From a virus (lineage: Duplodnaviria; Caudoviricetes), in IMG/VR virus record IMGVR_UViG_2700988815_000001, positions 34,288-98,287 of that record: 64,000 nt of DNA. The stretch is one strand, 5' to 3'. A program made the translations under genes and the position numbers. This document shows, one piece after another, positions 10,103 to 20,802 of the stretch (position 1 is the stretch's first letter; each line of letters opens with the position of its first letter). The notes under the pieces are model-generated. The model was not told the DNA's origin. It saw only the letters and a list, made by a program, of their open reading frames with translations, and made no database searches.

Positions 10103-12460
10103 ATGTTTCAAGAGGAAATTGCTCGCCTGACGGGTAAACTTGTATTCCAAGTTGACAACCGTCCATTGACTACGTTTCAAAAGAACCTTACTGGAGTGCT
10201 CAACGGCCTCAAGGAACTTTCGACACTAGCCAATAAGAAATTCACAGTGAAGGTTGCTCTTGATAGCAGGTCGCTTCGTGCTCAGATTGATAAGGCTACC
10301 AAGACCAAAATCACTCTGAATAATGTCGATATCTCTAACGAAGCTCTTCACACTCAAGGTAAACGAATTCAGGACTACCTGAACAAAACAACAATCAACT
10401 TGAACAATGTAAAGGTTGATATCGGTAAGCTGGTTGAACAGAAGCGTTTCATCAAAACTCTACTTGGCCAGATGCAACTCACTCTGCCAGTTAAGCTTGG
10501 ATTGAACCAACTAGAACGAGAACTTCGTACTGAGTTGCAAGCCGTTGGTAAGCGTCAGCACATCACTGTTGAAGCAAACATCAACACAACCCAATTCATC
10601 ATCAAGCTACGTCGTGCATTGAAACATGCTCAGAACAGTATTGGTGCATTGAAGATTCGTATTGCTGATCCTCAAGTAAGGCTTAAAGTTGACAAGCAAC
10701 ATTTGATTGACGAAATCAAAGCTGCTATTGCTTCCCATGAATTCCGTATCCGCATCAATGCACGTGACCAAGACTTCGGTGGTGGCCGTCGTGGTAGTGG
10801 TGGAGGTGGTGGTCGTGGACAAGCTGAGCGTGGCCTTAGTGCTGCGGCAGGCTTCGCCAGAGGCGCTCTACCGGGTCTAGGAGCTGCGTTCGCTCTCAGT
10901 GAGATGAACCAGATCAACCAACAAGTGCAAGCTGCTACAAATAGCCTACACGCGGTTTCTGGTGATGAGAAGACATTCGGTTCTAACAAAGTGTTCCTTG
11001 AAAACATGGCTAAGGAAATGGGTCTGAACTTCCGTGACATTGCTCCGCAGTTCTCTTCCATCTTCCAAGCTGCTGCACCATCTATTGGAGCAGGCGGTAC
11101 TCAGGATATGTTCCGTGGCATCATGAAGTTTGGTACTGTACATGGACTTGATAAAGAGTCTATGAAGGGTAGCATGAGAGCCTTGAGCCAGATGTTCGGT
11201 AAGGACAAGATCCAATCCGAAGAAGCAAGACAACAATTCGCTGAACGTATGCCGGGTGGTATGAAACTCTTGGCAGAAGCTGCTAAGAACGCTGGTATCT
11301 CCAAGACTGGTACAGTAAAAGAGTTCGAAGAGATTATGAAGTCTGGTAAGGGCGACCCTACTAAGATTCTTCCTGAACTTGCCAAGCTGATGGAAACACT
11401 GGCTGACAAGAACGATGCTTACGCTAAGTCTTTGCTTACAACACGTGTTGCTCAAGGTCGAATGAATAAAGCCTTTGAAGATTCTGTAATGCTCTTCGCA
11501 GAAGGTGGTTTTGACCGTGGTATGGCAAGCTTCTTCAACGCACTCACAGACGGAATGGAAAGAGCTAAACCTCTGACCGAAGCTCTTGGTGGTGCATTTG
11601 AAATCCTGATCAAACCAATCAACGCCTTGATTCGTATCGTTGGTGCTATTGGCGAGAACTGGGGTAAGTTTGCTGAGGCTCTTGGTGTATCTAAGACAGC
11701 TCTGGCGACATTCGCTTCTGCTCTTGCAATCTTCATGCTTCCATTCGGTGCTTTCATTACTGCTATCGGTGTTGCTGCTCTAGCAATCGACGACCTGCTA
11801 ACATACTTCGATGGTGGTGAATCTGTATTCGGTAATTGGGTCAAGAACACTGAGGGTGGTCAAGAAGCTATTGACGGATTGAATGAGTCTCTTGAAACTC
11901 TCAAGAAGACTTGGACTGAGTTGAAGAATTCTTTTGAAGGTGTTACCAACCCATTCAAAGATTGGTCGCTAGACGCTACGCTACTTTCTGCACTGGACTC
12001 TGTAAAGGCTTTGCTTGACAGCATCACAAGTGTCATGAAGGCAACTATCCAGATTAAAGAGGGCAACTACGCTGACGCTGGTAAGACCTTGTTCGAAGGT
12101 GCTAAGACTGCCTACGAAGGCTTCCCACTTACAAAGATTTACAAAGCTGGTTCTGCTGCTGCCGGTGGTGCTGTTGATAGTGGACTTGGCTATCTGATGA
12201 ATCCAAACGGCTCTATGAAAAACAACCTTCCAGAAACATACTCTGGTAAGATTGATAGAAGCGGTGGAGGAAACACGCCACTCCAACCAATCACAATTGC
12301 TCCGGGTGCTATTCCACTTACACTGACTGTTCAAGCTCCAGAAGGGACTGACCCTCACGTCTTCGGTGATAAACTGGGCGTACATGTTCAGACACTTCTT
12401 AACGACGGTATCATGAATATGCTGGGTGCTGCTAGAGCACAACAAGCGGAGGGACAATAA
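10103..12460 (+). CDS. Tape measure protein
   Basis: 785 aa helical; ALSQMFGKDKIQSEEARQQFAERMPG tape-measure domain motif. Confidence 0.9.
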   Translation: MFQEEIARLTGKLVFQVDNRPLTTFQKNLTGVLNGLKELSTLANKKFTVKVALDSRSLRAQIDKATKTKITLNNVDISNEALHTQGKRIQDYLNKTTINLNNVKVDIGKLVEQKRFIKTLLGQMQLTLPVKLGLNQLERELRTELQAVGKRQHITVEANINTTQFIIKLRRALKHAQNSIGALKIRIADPQVRLKVDKQHLIDEIKAAIASHEFRIRINARDQDFGGGRRGSGGGGGRGQAERGLSAAAGFARGALPGLGAAFALSEMNQINQQVQAATNSLHAVSGDEKTFGSNKVFLENMAKEMGLNFRDIAPQFSSIFQAAAPSIGAGGTQDMFRGIMKFGTVHGLDKESMKGSMRALSQMFGKDKIQSEEARQQFAERMPGGMKLLAEAAKNAGISKTGTVKEFEEIMKSGKGDPTKILPELAKLMETLADKNDAYAKSLLTTRVAQGRMNKAFEDSVMLFAEGGFDRGMASFFNALTDGMERAKPLTEALGGAFEILIKPINALIRIVGAIGENWGKFAEALGVSKTALATFASALAIFMLPFGAFITAIGVAALAIDDLLTYFDGGESVFGNWVKNTEGGQEAIDGLNESLETLKKTWTELKNSFEGVTNPFKDWSLDATLLSALDSVKALLDSITSVMKATIQIKEGNYADAGKTLFEGAKTAYEGFPLTKIYKAGSAAAGGAVDSGLGYLMNPNGSMKNNLPETYSGKIDRSGGGNTPLQPITIAPGAIPLTLTVQAPEGTDPHVFGDKLGVHVQTLLNDGIMNMLGAARAQQAEGQ

Positions 12461-13263
12461 TGTCTATCGTTATCAGACGTAACAACGGCGACATTCTGTG
12501 GTTCGACGCAATCACACAATACGACGTGAACTACACTGCGACAGTAACTAAACACCCCGTCGCCAGCGGCGGGTTTATCTCTGACCACACGACAACCGAT
12601 AACGTTGTCTTGAACATCAGCGGTATTCTTTCTGACGCAGACTTCAACATCAACAGGCCAGCGAATCTCGGTTCGCTGCCTACCTTCCAATTCGATACTG
12701 GTGCTCACGTACCAGTTGACGAGAATGGATTGTACAAACCAGTTAGCAAGCAGTACACAAACAACTCTGCTGTTGTGTATCCAGTAACCATCACTGACAA
12801 GAGTTCTATCAACAAGATTCTCCCAGAGGTTATTGCTCAGTTCACAAAGGACACTATCCCTGATGCGTTTGTAACTCAACAGGATAAAGACAAGACAGCT
12901 AAGGCTGTACAGCGTGAGTTGATCAGAATGTGGAAAGAGCGTGAAGAGTTCCAAGTGCTTGATTTGTTGGAAGACTTCGTAATCGACTCCTTCGGGCCTT
13001 GTGTTCTCACAAACCTAACATTCAGAGAAGATGAGTCATCTGGTGAGGCTTTGTTCCCAAGCATGACAATCGAACAAGTTGTGTTCACTGACTTGCAGGA
13101 AATTACTGTGCAGGTGAAGACTTCTAACAAAGGCCGCAAGACTGGTTCGATTACAACGAAAACTGGCGCTGCTGCTGAGACTGCACCAGATCACGCACCA
13201 AGAACTTACACCAAAGACTCTAAGAGTTCTGCTGTGAAACCAGTTGGCCCAACAACACAATAA
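12460..13263 (+). CDS. Baseplate/tail tube initiator (Dit-like)
   Basis: VTKHPVASGGFISDH motif; follows tape measure. Confidence 0.65.
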   Translation: MSIVIRRNNGDILWFDAITQYDVNYTATVTKHPVASGGFISDHTTTDNVVLNISGILSDADFNINRPANLGSLPTFQFDTGAHVPVDENGLYKPVSKQYTNNSAVVYPVTITDKSSINKILPEVIAQFTKDTIPDAFVTQQDKDKTAKAVQRELIRMWKEREEFQVLDLLEDFVIDSFGPCVLTNLTFREDESSGEALFPSMTIEQVVFTDLQEITVQVKTSNKGRKTGSITTKTGAAAETAPDHAPRTYTKDSKSSAVKPVGPTTQ

Positions 13264-13273
13264 GGGGTAGACA

Positions 13274-13615
13274 ATGACTACAACCGTTTATATTGAAATG
13301 CCCTTGTACGAAGATTTGAAGTACCGTTATGGACTGTCCCTAGAAGGACAGTCTTTTCAGTTTACATTCTACTGGAATACAAGATGCTCTCAGTGGCATT
13401 TGGATTTGAGACGAGAAGACCAGACACCAATTATTCTTGGGTACGCTCTTGTCCCTCAATATCCAATGATGGTTGACTACAACTTGGAAGACTACGGCTT
13501 GTCCGGTTACTTCCTGTTGCTACCAGTCAACGCCACAATCTCAAACAAAATTACAGAAGAGCCAAGCATTATGCCTGAGTTCTTTTCTCTCTTTTACGTC
13601 TACAATACGGAGTGA
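13274..13615 (+). CDS. Baseplate protein
   Basis: Position in baseplate cluster; YWN..CSQWHLDL motif. Confidence 0.55.
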   Translation: MTTTVYIEMPLYEDLKYRYGLSLEGQSFQFTFYWNTRCSQWHLDLRREDQTPIILGYALVPQYPMMVDYNLEDYGLSGYFLLLPVNATISNKITEEPSIMPEFFSLFYVYNTE

Positions 13616-13618
13616 TAT

Positions 13619-14539
13619 ATGCAGAAGGATAGAGTGTTCTCCCTAAAGATTGGAGACTATCAAACAGGCAACGGCCTATTGATTGAGCACCCTCGTAGAG
13701 ACAGCGATGGTAACTTGACCGATAACATCTGGCAGATTACCTTTGACATTTCCAAGAGTGCTGACAACAAACGCAACAACGGCAACTCGGCCACTATCGA
13801 GATTTACAATCTATCCGACTCGCAGATTCAACTCCTTGAGAGCGACTACCTTGAGGTGGAGTTCTCTGTAGGTTATGAGTCTTCCGGTGCTCACACAATT
13901 GTTGTGGGCAACGTGACTGAATCTTCCACAGTGAAGAGTGGCAACGATTATGTTACTCAACTGAGGATTGGGGAAGGATACACAGACTTGAACCACCAAA
14001 GACTTGCCAAGATGGTGAGTCCGGGTAAAACAGTGGGCGATGTGCTTGAAGAGATTCGTCAACAAATGCCGGGTGTTGCACGTGGTGCTTACACTGGAAC
14101 AAACCTTAACAACCCAATCGTATTCGGTTGGAGATTGAAAGGGACTCCACGTGAAATGCTGATGAAACTCTGTGAAGCACAGAACATGGAATACAATATC
14201 AATGCTGGTGTATTGAACGTATCGCAAGAGAACGGATTGTTGTCTAAGGACACACAACTCGCTCCAGTGTTGAACGCAAACACAGGATTGATTGACCTTC
14301 CATTCCACACATCTGAAACAGGACGTAAGCCAAAGAAGGACGCCAAGCGTCGTCGTGGTGTCCAGTTCAAAGCGTTGCTCAACACTGACATTGTTCCCGG
14401 CAAGATTGTAAAGCTGGAAAGTAAGTGGATCACAGGATTCTATCGTGTGAACTCTGCTCGTTTCTCTGGAGACTTCCGAGGGAATGATTGGTATGTGGAG
14501 TGCTTCTGCTCTGAGATTCAAGCGGAGGACTTGGTATGA
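13619..14539 (+). CDS. Baseplate hub protein
   Basis: NSATIEIYNLS, TGLI and GD..GNDW motifs. Confidence 0.7.
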   Translation: MQKDRVFSLKIGDYQTGNGLLIEHPRRDSDGNLTDNIWQITFDISKSADNKRNNGNSATIEIYNLSDSQIQLLESDYLEVEFSVGYESSGAHTIVVGNVTESSTVKSGNDYVTQLRIGEGYTDLNHQRLAKMVSPGKTVGDVLEEIRQQMPGVARGAYTGTNLNNPIVFGWRLKGTPREMLMKLCEAQNMEYNINAGVLNVSQENGLLSKDTQLAPVLNANTGLIDLPFHTSETGRKPKKDAKRRRGVQFKALLNTDIVPGKIVKLESKWITGFYRVNSARFSGDFRGNDWYVECFCSEIQAEDLV

Positions 14540-15297
14540 TTGCACAAGATTTTATGGATATCATCCGAACACAGTTCAGGATTGACATGGCTGATATTCA
14601 CACAGCCATTCCATGTAAGGTGGTTCACGTACACCAGAACATGGAACAACAGAAGGTGGACGTTATCCCGTCCGTCAACACACTACTTAAAGATGGAACT
14701 GGCGAAGAGGGTATGCAGATTCTTGGTGTACCAATTATCTTCCCCGGTTCTGCCAACACACTTATGAGCTTCCCAATCAATCCGGGTGACACTGTTTGGG
14801 TTATGTTCTCTGAACGATCTATGGACAACTTCAAGATCGGTTCTGGCGAACCAACTACAGCTAACGACTACAGAAAGTTTTCTGACCAAGACGCTGTGGC
14901 TATCCCCGGTTTGTTCCCATTCGGTAAGAGTATCAACACACCACAAGTAAGAAAGTTTGCCCATGAGCCAAACAGAGACTTGTGCATTGCACACAACATT
15001 GCTTCTGGCACTGAGGTGAATATCCTGCTGAAACAGAATGGTGACTTGATTATCAACACTGAGTCGGCTGTAACTGTGAACTGTAAGACTGGTGTGATTA
15101 ACGCCACGGAGTCTTACACTATCAACACTCCAACGATGAACATCAATGCCAACACCACAAACTGGACAGGCAATATCATCCACACTGGTAACTACACAAT
15201 GACAGGACAAGCCACATTCAATGGTGTGCTGTTCGACACTCACTTCCACTCTGGCGTTACGCCGGGTTCTGGAAACTCTGGCCCAGTTGCTGGCTAA
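14536..15297 (+). CDS. Baseplate central spike (Gp138/gpV-like)
   Basis: HTAIP N-terminal domain, beta-helix repeats, C-terminal H-x-H (THFH) metal-binding apex. Confidence 0.85.
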   Translation: MIAQDFMDIIRTQFRIDMADIHTAIPCKVVHVHQNMEQQKVDVIPSVNTLLKDGTGEEGMQILGVPIIFPGSANTLMSFPINPGDTVWVMFSERSMDNFKIGSGEPTTANDYRKFSDQDAVAIPGLFPFGKSINTPQVRKFAHEPNRDLCIAHNIASGTEVNILLKQNGDLIINTESAVTVNCKTGVINATESYTINTPTMNINANTTNWTGNIIHTGNYTMTGQATFNGVLFDTHFHSGVTPGSGNSGPVAG

Positions 15298-15305
15298 GGA
15301 GATTT

Positions 15306-15671
15306 ATGGACTTGCTACTCAATTCGGATACGGGCGATCTGGTCTTTCAGAACGGTGCTTGCCCAGCCACACAACTACAGGCAGACGTTGTTGCTCAGCG
15401 TCTGCGTATCAAACTCTACACATTCTATGGTGAATGGTTTCTGAACACTACAATCGGTGTTCCATACATCCAACAGGTTTTCACTAAGGTGAGAAAGAAG
15501 AGCACAATTGACCTTATCTTCCAAGGAATCATTTCTGCTGATCCGGGTGTAATTGAAATCCTGACCTTCACTTCTTCTATCAACGCCCAGCGTGGATACA
15601 CAATGACATTCTCTGTAAGAGCTTTGGACAACACTGAATCTCTTCCACTTACAATTTCTATCGGAGGTTAA
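15306..15671 (+). CDS. Baseplate wedge / sheath initiator (gp25-like)
   Basis: GEWFLNTTIGVPY motif. Confidence 0.7.
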   Translation: MDLLLNSDTGDLVFQNGACPATQLQADVVAQRLRIKLYTFYGEWFLNTTIGVPYIQQVFTKVRKKSTIDLIFQGIISADPGVIEILTFTSSINAQRGYTMTFSVRALDNTESLPLTISIGG

Positions 15672-15673
15672 TA

Positions 15674-17131
15674 ATGGCCGGTCTTTCCCGCGAAGGTCTG
15701 GAAATCAAAACGCTTGATGACGTTTTGACAGACTATAAAACAACTGCTGCATCCATCTTCTCTGACCTTGTACCTGCTGGTGACGTTGTTGACGTTGGGG
15801 ATAACTCTGCCATCGGTCGTATGATCGGTGTTGTTGCCCCTGCTGAGGCTTCCGTCTGGGAGGCGCTACAACAGGTCTTTGACAGCTTTAACCCAACAAC
15901 CGCTATCGGTATCGCCCTAGACAACATCATCGCCCTGAGCGGGATCACACGCCTTGCTGCACAACCAACAAGAGCACAGGTGATTCTGGAAGGCGACCTG
16001 AACATCATCGTAAGCTCTCCACTTGGTAAAGCGTACAGCTCTTCTACACAACGTGTATTTTCTATCCTGAATCCTGTGACTTTGAACCTACTTCAAGCGT
16101 CCGGTATTGGTATCTACCCAACAACAATTGCAAACAACACAGTATACAGATTCAGTTACAGTGTTGACGGTGTTAACTTCCTTGACGCTGAGTACACTTC
16201 TCCTGTGTCTGGAACCACAGCTCAGGTAATTTTGGACGGTGTGCAACAAAAAGTTGAAGATTTGTTCTCTGCGACCTTTACAACTTACCAAAGTGGTGGT
16301 AGACTATACATTACTAGGACAGATCCTTTCCAAGTAGCTGACTTCGATGTGAGTGTAAACTTGCAGGTACAGAAGGTAAGAAAACTTGGCATCGTTGTTG
16401 ACGATGTGGTTGGTGTCTTCCCACAAGAAGCCCTAGCAATCGACACAATCTCTGTACCCATCGCTGGATGGGATTCTGTCGTCAACCCAGTAGCTGCGAC
16501 TACAGGACGTTTGACTGAGACAGATGAAGAGCTTCGTGAACGTTTCCGCAACAGTAAATTCTTCCAATCTCAAAACATCCTTGAAGGCATCATCGACGCA
16601 CTATTCAACGTGCAAGGTGTTGTTGACGTGGCTGTATACGAGAACGACACAGACGCCGTAGACATTAACGGTGTACCGGGTCACAGCTTCTTGCCAATCG
16701 TTCTGGGTGGCCTACCATCCGACATTGCAGAAGCCATCTGGGAGAACAAGCCAACAGGTATTCCATCCGTTGGTGATACAACTGTGCAGATTGCTGACAG
16801 CCAAGGATTCCTTCACAATATTTCCTACAGACAACCAGATGAAGTTCCTATCTACATCACAATGACAATTGAAGACCTCGGCGGAATGCCGGGTGACGCT
16901 CCAGCACAGATCAAACAAAACTTGGTCAACTACTCTGACGCAACTCTCTTCATTGGAACTGACGTAGTTTACTCTCGTCTCTACACACCAATCAACAGTG
17001 TTGGTGGGTTCGCTGTAAACTCTTTGTTCATTGGAACATCTCCAAGCCCAGTCGGGACAGCCAACATCGTAATTGACTTCGATCAGGTTGCTACAATCTC
17101 TGCTGACAACATTATCGTAACACCTGTTTAA
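15674..17131 (+). CDS. Baseplate J-like wedge protein
   Basis: ETDEELRER, YENDT and PGHS...VLGG motifs. Confidence 0.85.
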   Translation: MAGLSREGLEIKTLDDVLTDYKTTAASIFSDLVPAGDVVDVGDNSAIGRMIGVVAPAEASVWEALQQVFDSFNPTTAIGIALDNIIALSGITRLAAQPTRAQVILEGDLNIIVSSPLGKAYSSSTQRVFSILNPVTLNLLQASGIGIYPTTIANNTVYRFSYSVDGVNFLDAEYTSPVSGTTAQVILDGVQQKVEDLFSATFTTYQSGGRLYITRTDPFQVADFDVSVNLQVQKVRKLGIVVDDVVGVFPQEALAIDTISVPIAGWDSVVNPVAATTGRLTETDEELRERFRNSKFFQSQNILEGIIDALFNVQGVVDVAVYENDTDAVDINGVPGHSFLPIVLGGLPSDIAEAIWENKPTGIPSVGDTTVQIADSQGFLHNISYRQPDEVPIYITMTIEDLGGMPGDAPAQIKQNLVNYSDATLFIGTDVVYSRLYTPINSVGGFAVNSLFIGTSPSPVGTANIVIDFDQVATISADNIIVTPV

Positions 17132-17142
17132 TCGGAGGATTT

Positions 17143-17877
17143 GTGTCTGAACTCAATCCCTTTGTAGAAGAAGAGTTCCTGAATGTGGCACGTTCGCGTG
17201 TCACAGAACAGTTCAAGAACAAACGAATTTATGACAAGTATTTGCAACTCCTGCTTTCGGGTAAGGTTGAATTGCAGAAGGTCATTAAAGATACCATGCA
17301 ACTCCGTTCTTTGGATACTGCTGTTGGTGCTCAGTTGGATGTTATCGGTGAGATTGTAGGACGCCCACGCGGTCTTGTAACCTCCGATATCTTCTACTAC
17401 TTTGGTTTTGAAGGTGCCCCACAGGGTGAATCTTTCAGCTCCACAACTGACGCCACTGCCGGTGGACAATGGTACTCTCTTGACGCTCCAGTTGGTATCA
17501 GCCGTGAGCCAAGTGACGAAGAGTATCGTTTGATCCTCAAAGCGAAGATCATTAAAAACAGAACAATGGCAAGACCAGAAGACGTAATCGCCGCATACAA
17601 GTTTTTGTTCGGTGCGTCTCAAGTAACTATCACTGAGTTGGCTCCCGCTGAAGTGCGTATTGGTATTGGTAAAATCCTAACCAACGTGGAACGTGGCTTG
17701 CTGTTCGACTTGGGTGGTGCTGGTCAGTTGCTGCCTAAGCCTGCTGGTGTGAGCTATGCCTACACTGAATATCAAGCAGGAAGGGTGTTCGCCACAGACG
17801 GATTTCCCGGTGCTCAAGGTACTGGTGATCTGAATAATCCATCTGTAGGTGGATTCCTCTCTAACCTCATTACATAA
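17143..17877 (+). CDS. Baseplate wedge protein (DUF2612-like)
   Basis: AVGAQLDVIGEIVG, DEEYR and LPKPAGV motifs. Confidence 0.8.
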   Translation: MSELNPFVEEEFLNVARSRVTEQFKNKRIYDKYLQLLLSGKVELQKVIKDTMQLRSLDTAVGAQLDVIGEIVGRPRGLVTSDIFYYFGFEGAPQGESFSSTTDATAGGQWYSLDAPVGISREPSDEEYRLILKAKIIKNRTMARPEDVIAAYKFLFGASQVTITELAPAEVRIGIGKILTNVERGLLFDLGGAGQLLPKPAGVSYAYTEYQAGRVFATDGFPGAQGTGDLNNPSVGGFLSNLIT

Positions 17878-17888
17878 AAGGAACTAAC

Positions 17889-20366
17889 ATGGATCTGATT
17901 AAATATGACATGGCGGATATCTGGGCCTCTGCGGGTGACGTAGTTGCACCAGACTCTGCTAAGATTGCACAAGGTTGGGGTGTCGAAGTTGTTCCACGTC
18001 AATGGTGGAACTGGTTTGAAAACCGTCAAGACAACAACCTTGCTTACATGCTTCAAAAGGGTTTCCCAGAATGGGACGCCACAACTGAATACATCATCAA
18101 CAAGAGTTATGTTCAACGTAGTGGTATTGTCTACAAGGCAACTGCAACAAGCACAAACTCTGACCCAATTGCATTGCTCTCTTGGGTAAAGGCTTTCCCA
18201 GAATCGTCTAACAGCCTTGAAGCTATTCGTACACTGACTCCTGCCGCTGACCGTGTTCCATATTACACTGGTGCTGACACCGCTGCTCTGATGACTGTTA
18301 CAGCCTTTGCTCGTACACTTCTGGACGACCCCAATGTAACAACAATGCGTTCCACTTTGGGCGCTCAAGCTACTCACCCTAACTTGACAACTCTGTCCAC
18401 TGTGACGGCTGCTGCTAACGCCCTGCCATACTTCACAGGAACAAACTCTGCTGCTACGACAACACTTACATCGTTCGGTCGTTCTCTGATTGACGACGCT
18501 GACGCTGTTGCTGCACGTACAACACTTGGACTAACATCTGCTGCAATCACTCAGCTACAGGCTAACGCAACTGAGCGTGATATCGCCAAAATCATGCGTG
18601 TTGGTGCTTTCGGTCTGGGTAGTTTCCTTGACCTGCGTACACACATCTACGCAACTGGTGTTCCAAGTGATTGCTACTCTGCTGGTACAGTCTTCGGATT
18701 TGTAAACGGTGGTGTTGGTGGCTTGGCTATTCCGGGGCTATCTGGTACTCAATACGGTGTCCTGCAAGTTAACGGACAATACAGCGATGCTTCTGGCCTT
18801 ACCGCTATGTCTCGCGTATTCATCGGGCCAAGTGGACGTACTTTCACTCAAACTGCTTCCTCTGCTTCGGCTTGGGGCACATGGGTTGAATCTTGGACTA
18901 CAGGCAACCTAACAAAGACAACAAGCAACCGTGACACAACAGCAGGCTCTATGCTGAAAGTTGGTGACTTCGGTCTTGGTGCTGGTGTTGGTTTGACAAC
19001 AGACGACCTTAACACTGTAATTGACTCCGGCTTCTATCGCCTCTCCACTGCCACTACTAACTACCCGCATGCAAACGCTGGCTTCGGTCAGATGATTGTG
19101 TGTCGCGGACAAGATACAATCTCTCAGATGGTATTCAGCTATACTGGCCCGCGTATTTGGACTCGCTCTGGCAACCCAACTAACGTTGGTGGTGTTGGTG
19201 TTTGGACTCCGTGGGTTGAACTGTACCACACTGGTAACACTTCTCAGATCGTTTCTGACGTAACTGCTGGTATCCAACCACAATTGGACGCCAAAGTTAA
19301 CAAAGCTGGCGATGTAATGACTGGTCAGTTGAGAGTTCCAAACATTGTTTACACTCCATTGTCTGGACAAGGCGGTACTGCCTACTTCCTAGCGAACGGC
19401 TCTACTGCTCCGGGTGGTACTGACGCAAACATCACAGTGGACACACCTACTGCCGGTAACAACGGTGGACGTATGGTGGTCAACGCTGGCAGGTTCTATA
19501 TGAACTGCCCTACCACTACAATTGGTGTCGCGTCCTTCCAGTCTGATATCAACACATCTGGTAACGTGTCGGCTGTTAACCTTAATGCCTCTGGCACAAT
19601 TACTGGTGCGTATATTACCTCTACAGGTAACGTAAACGCAGCCGGCACTTTCACTGGTTCTCAAGTCAGCGTCTCTGGCGGTGTTACAGCAGCTAATGGA
19701 TCTGGTGCTGTTACAATTAGTGCTGGTGTTGTCTCTATCAAGTCTACCTCTGCTGGTGCTAACGCCCACGTTTGGTTCTACGACAACGTAGGTAACACGC
19801 GTGGTATCATCTACGCTCAGCAGTCCAACACTATCACCCTTCAAGCTGGTGGTGCGGTTTGTGCGAACTTCAGTCCTAGTGGTGGTGCAAGTTTCAACCT
19901 GACAAGCACATCTGGTATTGAAAACAACGGACGTGTACGTTCTCTAAAGAACGGAGTCCCAGTTAACGGCAGCATGTACGCAAACTGCCACTACATGGCT
20001 GAAACCGCTGACGGTACACCACCTGCCTACTCTTGGCACCGTGGTGGTAGCTACGCCCTAGCGGTATGGCTGACTAACGGCAACGAATTGCAGATGATGG
20101 GTTCTGACGGTGTAAGTCGTGAGATTGTTAACAACTCCAACCTACCGGCTTGGAACAACTCTCTGTACGCCAACGGCAACCAAAACATTGGTAGCTACGC
20201 CTTCGCCCGTAACGGCGGCGGTACAGTTGGATTCGGTGGTGCTCAGTCTGGTAGCGTATTGTCTCCGGGTTCCACAGGTGCAAACGCTGGTGCTCTTTCT
20301 GGTACTTGGATTTGCCTTGGATACGCTGGTGGCGGCAACCACACACTGTGGATCAGAACTTCCTGA
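17889..20366 (+). CDS. Tail fibre protein 1
   Basis: 825 aa; baseplate-anchoring N-terminus, repeated (M/L)xVG(A/D)FGLG modules, Gly/Ser/Asn-rich C-terminus. Confidence 0.85.
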   Translation: MDLIKYDMADIWASAGDVVAPDSAKIAQGWGVEVVPRQWWNWFENRQDNNLAYMLQKGFPEWDATTEYIINKSYVQRSGIVYKATATSTNSDPIALLSWVKAFPESSNSLEAIRTLTPAADRVPYYTGADTAALMTVTAFARTLLDDPNVTTMRSTLGAQATHPNLTTLSTVTAAANALPYFTGTNSAATTTLTSFGRSLIDDADAVAARTTLGLTSAAITQLQANATERDIAKIMRVGAFGLGSFLDLRTHIYATGVPSDCYSAGTVFGFVNGGVGGLAIPGLSGTQYGVLQVNGQYSDASGLTAMSRVFIGPSGRTFTQTASSASAWGTWVESWTTGNLTKTTSNRDTTAGSMLKVGDFGLGAGVGLTTDDLNTVIDSGFYRLSTATTNYPHANAGFGQMIVCRGQDTISQMVFSYTGPRIWTRSGNPTNVGGVGVWTPWVELYHTGNTSQIVSDVTAGIQPQLDAKVNKAGDVMTGQLRVPNIVYTPLSGQGGTAYFLANGSTAPGGTDANITVDTPTAGNNGGRMVVNAGRFYMNCPTTTIGVASFQSDINTSGNVSAVNLNASGTITGAYITSTGNVNAAGTFTGSQVSVSGGVTAANGSGAVTISAGVVSIKSTSAGANAHVWFYDNVGNTRGIIYAQQSNTITLQAGGAVCANFSPSGGASFNLTSTSGIENNGRVRSLKNGVPVNGSMYANCHYMAETADGTPPAYSWHRGGSYALAVWLTNGNELQMMGSDGVSREIVNNSNLPAWNNSLYANGNQNIGSYAFARNGGGTVGFGGAQSGSVLSPGSTGANAGALSGTWICLGYAGGGNHTLWIRTS

Positions 20367-20373
20367 TATACTT

Positions 20374-20404
20374 GAGGCTCAGCTTGCTGGGCCTCCCTCT
20401 TTTA
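20374..20404 (+). terminator. Hairpin / possible terminator after fibre gene
   Basis: GAGGCTCAG-CTTG-CTGGGCCTC then a pyrimidine run. Confidence 0.45.
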
Positions 20405-20415
20405 AGGAGAATTAA

Positions 20416-20784
20416 ATGTTCCCATATGAAACTGAATTTGGTACTACAATCCTTGGCGTTAAAGATGCTTATGTTTCTTGCCCTGATGGTAGCCACATCA
20501 CTTGCACTATTGTAACAACTGGTGGTCACTTCGGTGATAAGGAAGTTGAGCTTCCATTCACTGCAACCCCAAATGACCCAATGAAACACGGTGTTGAGAT
20601 TTACAACTTCCTCAAGAAAAAGAAAACCACTAAGAAGTATGTGAAGCCAGCTCCAACTCTGCTTGAACTTAAAGATGAGTTTGACGAGTTGATGGTTGAC
20701 ATTACCCTTGGTCTTGCTTCTGACGAAGAGCTTGCACGTGCTAAAGAACTAAGAGTTCAGATTAAAGAACTTTCCGCTGTATAA
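20416..20784 (+). CDS. Tail fibre assembly chaperone
   Basis: LPFTATPNDPMKHGVEIY motif; follows fibre gene. Confidence 0.7.
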   Translation: MFPYETEFGTTILGVKDAYVSCPDGSHITCTIVTTGGHFGDKEVELPFTATPNDPMKHGVEIYNFLKKKKTTKKYVKPAPTLLELKDEFDELMVDITLGLASDEELARAKELRVQIKELSAV

Positions 20785-20802
20785 GCCTAGAGGAACTAAC
20801 CA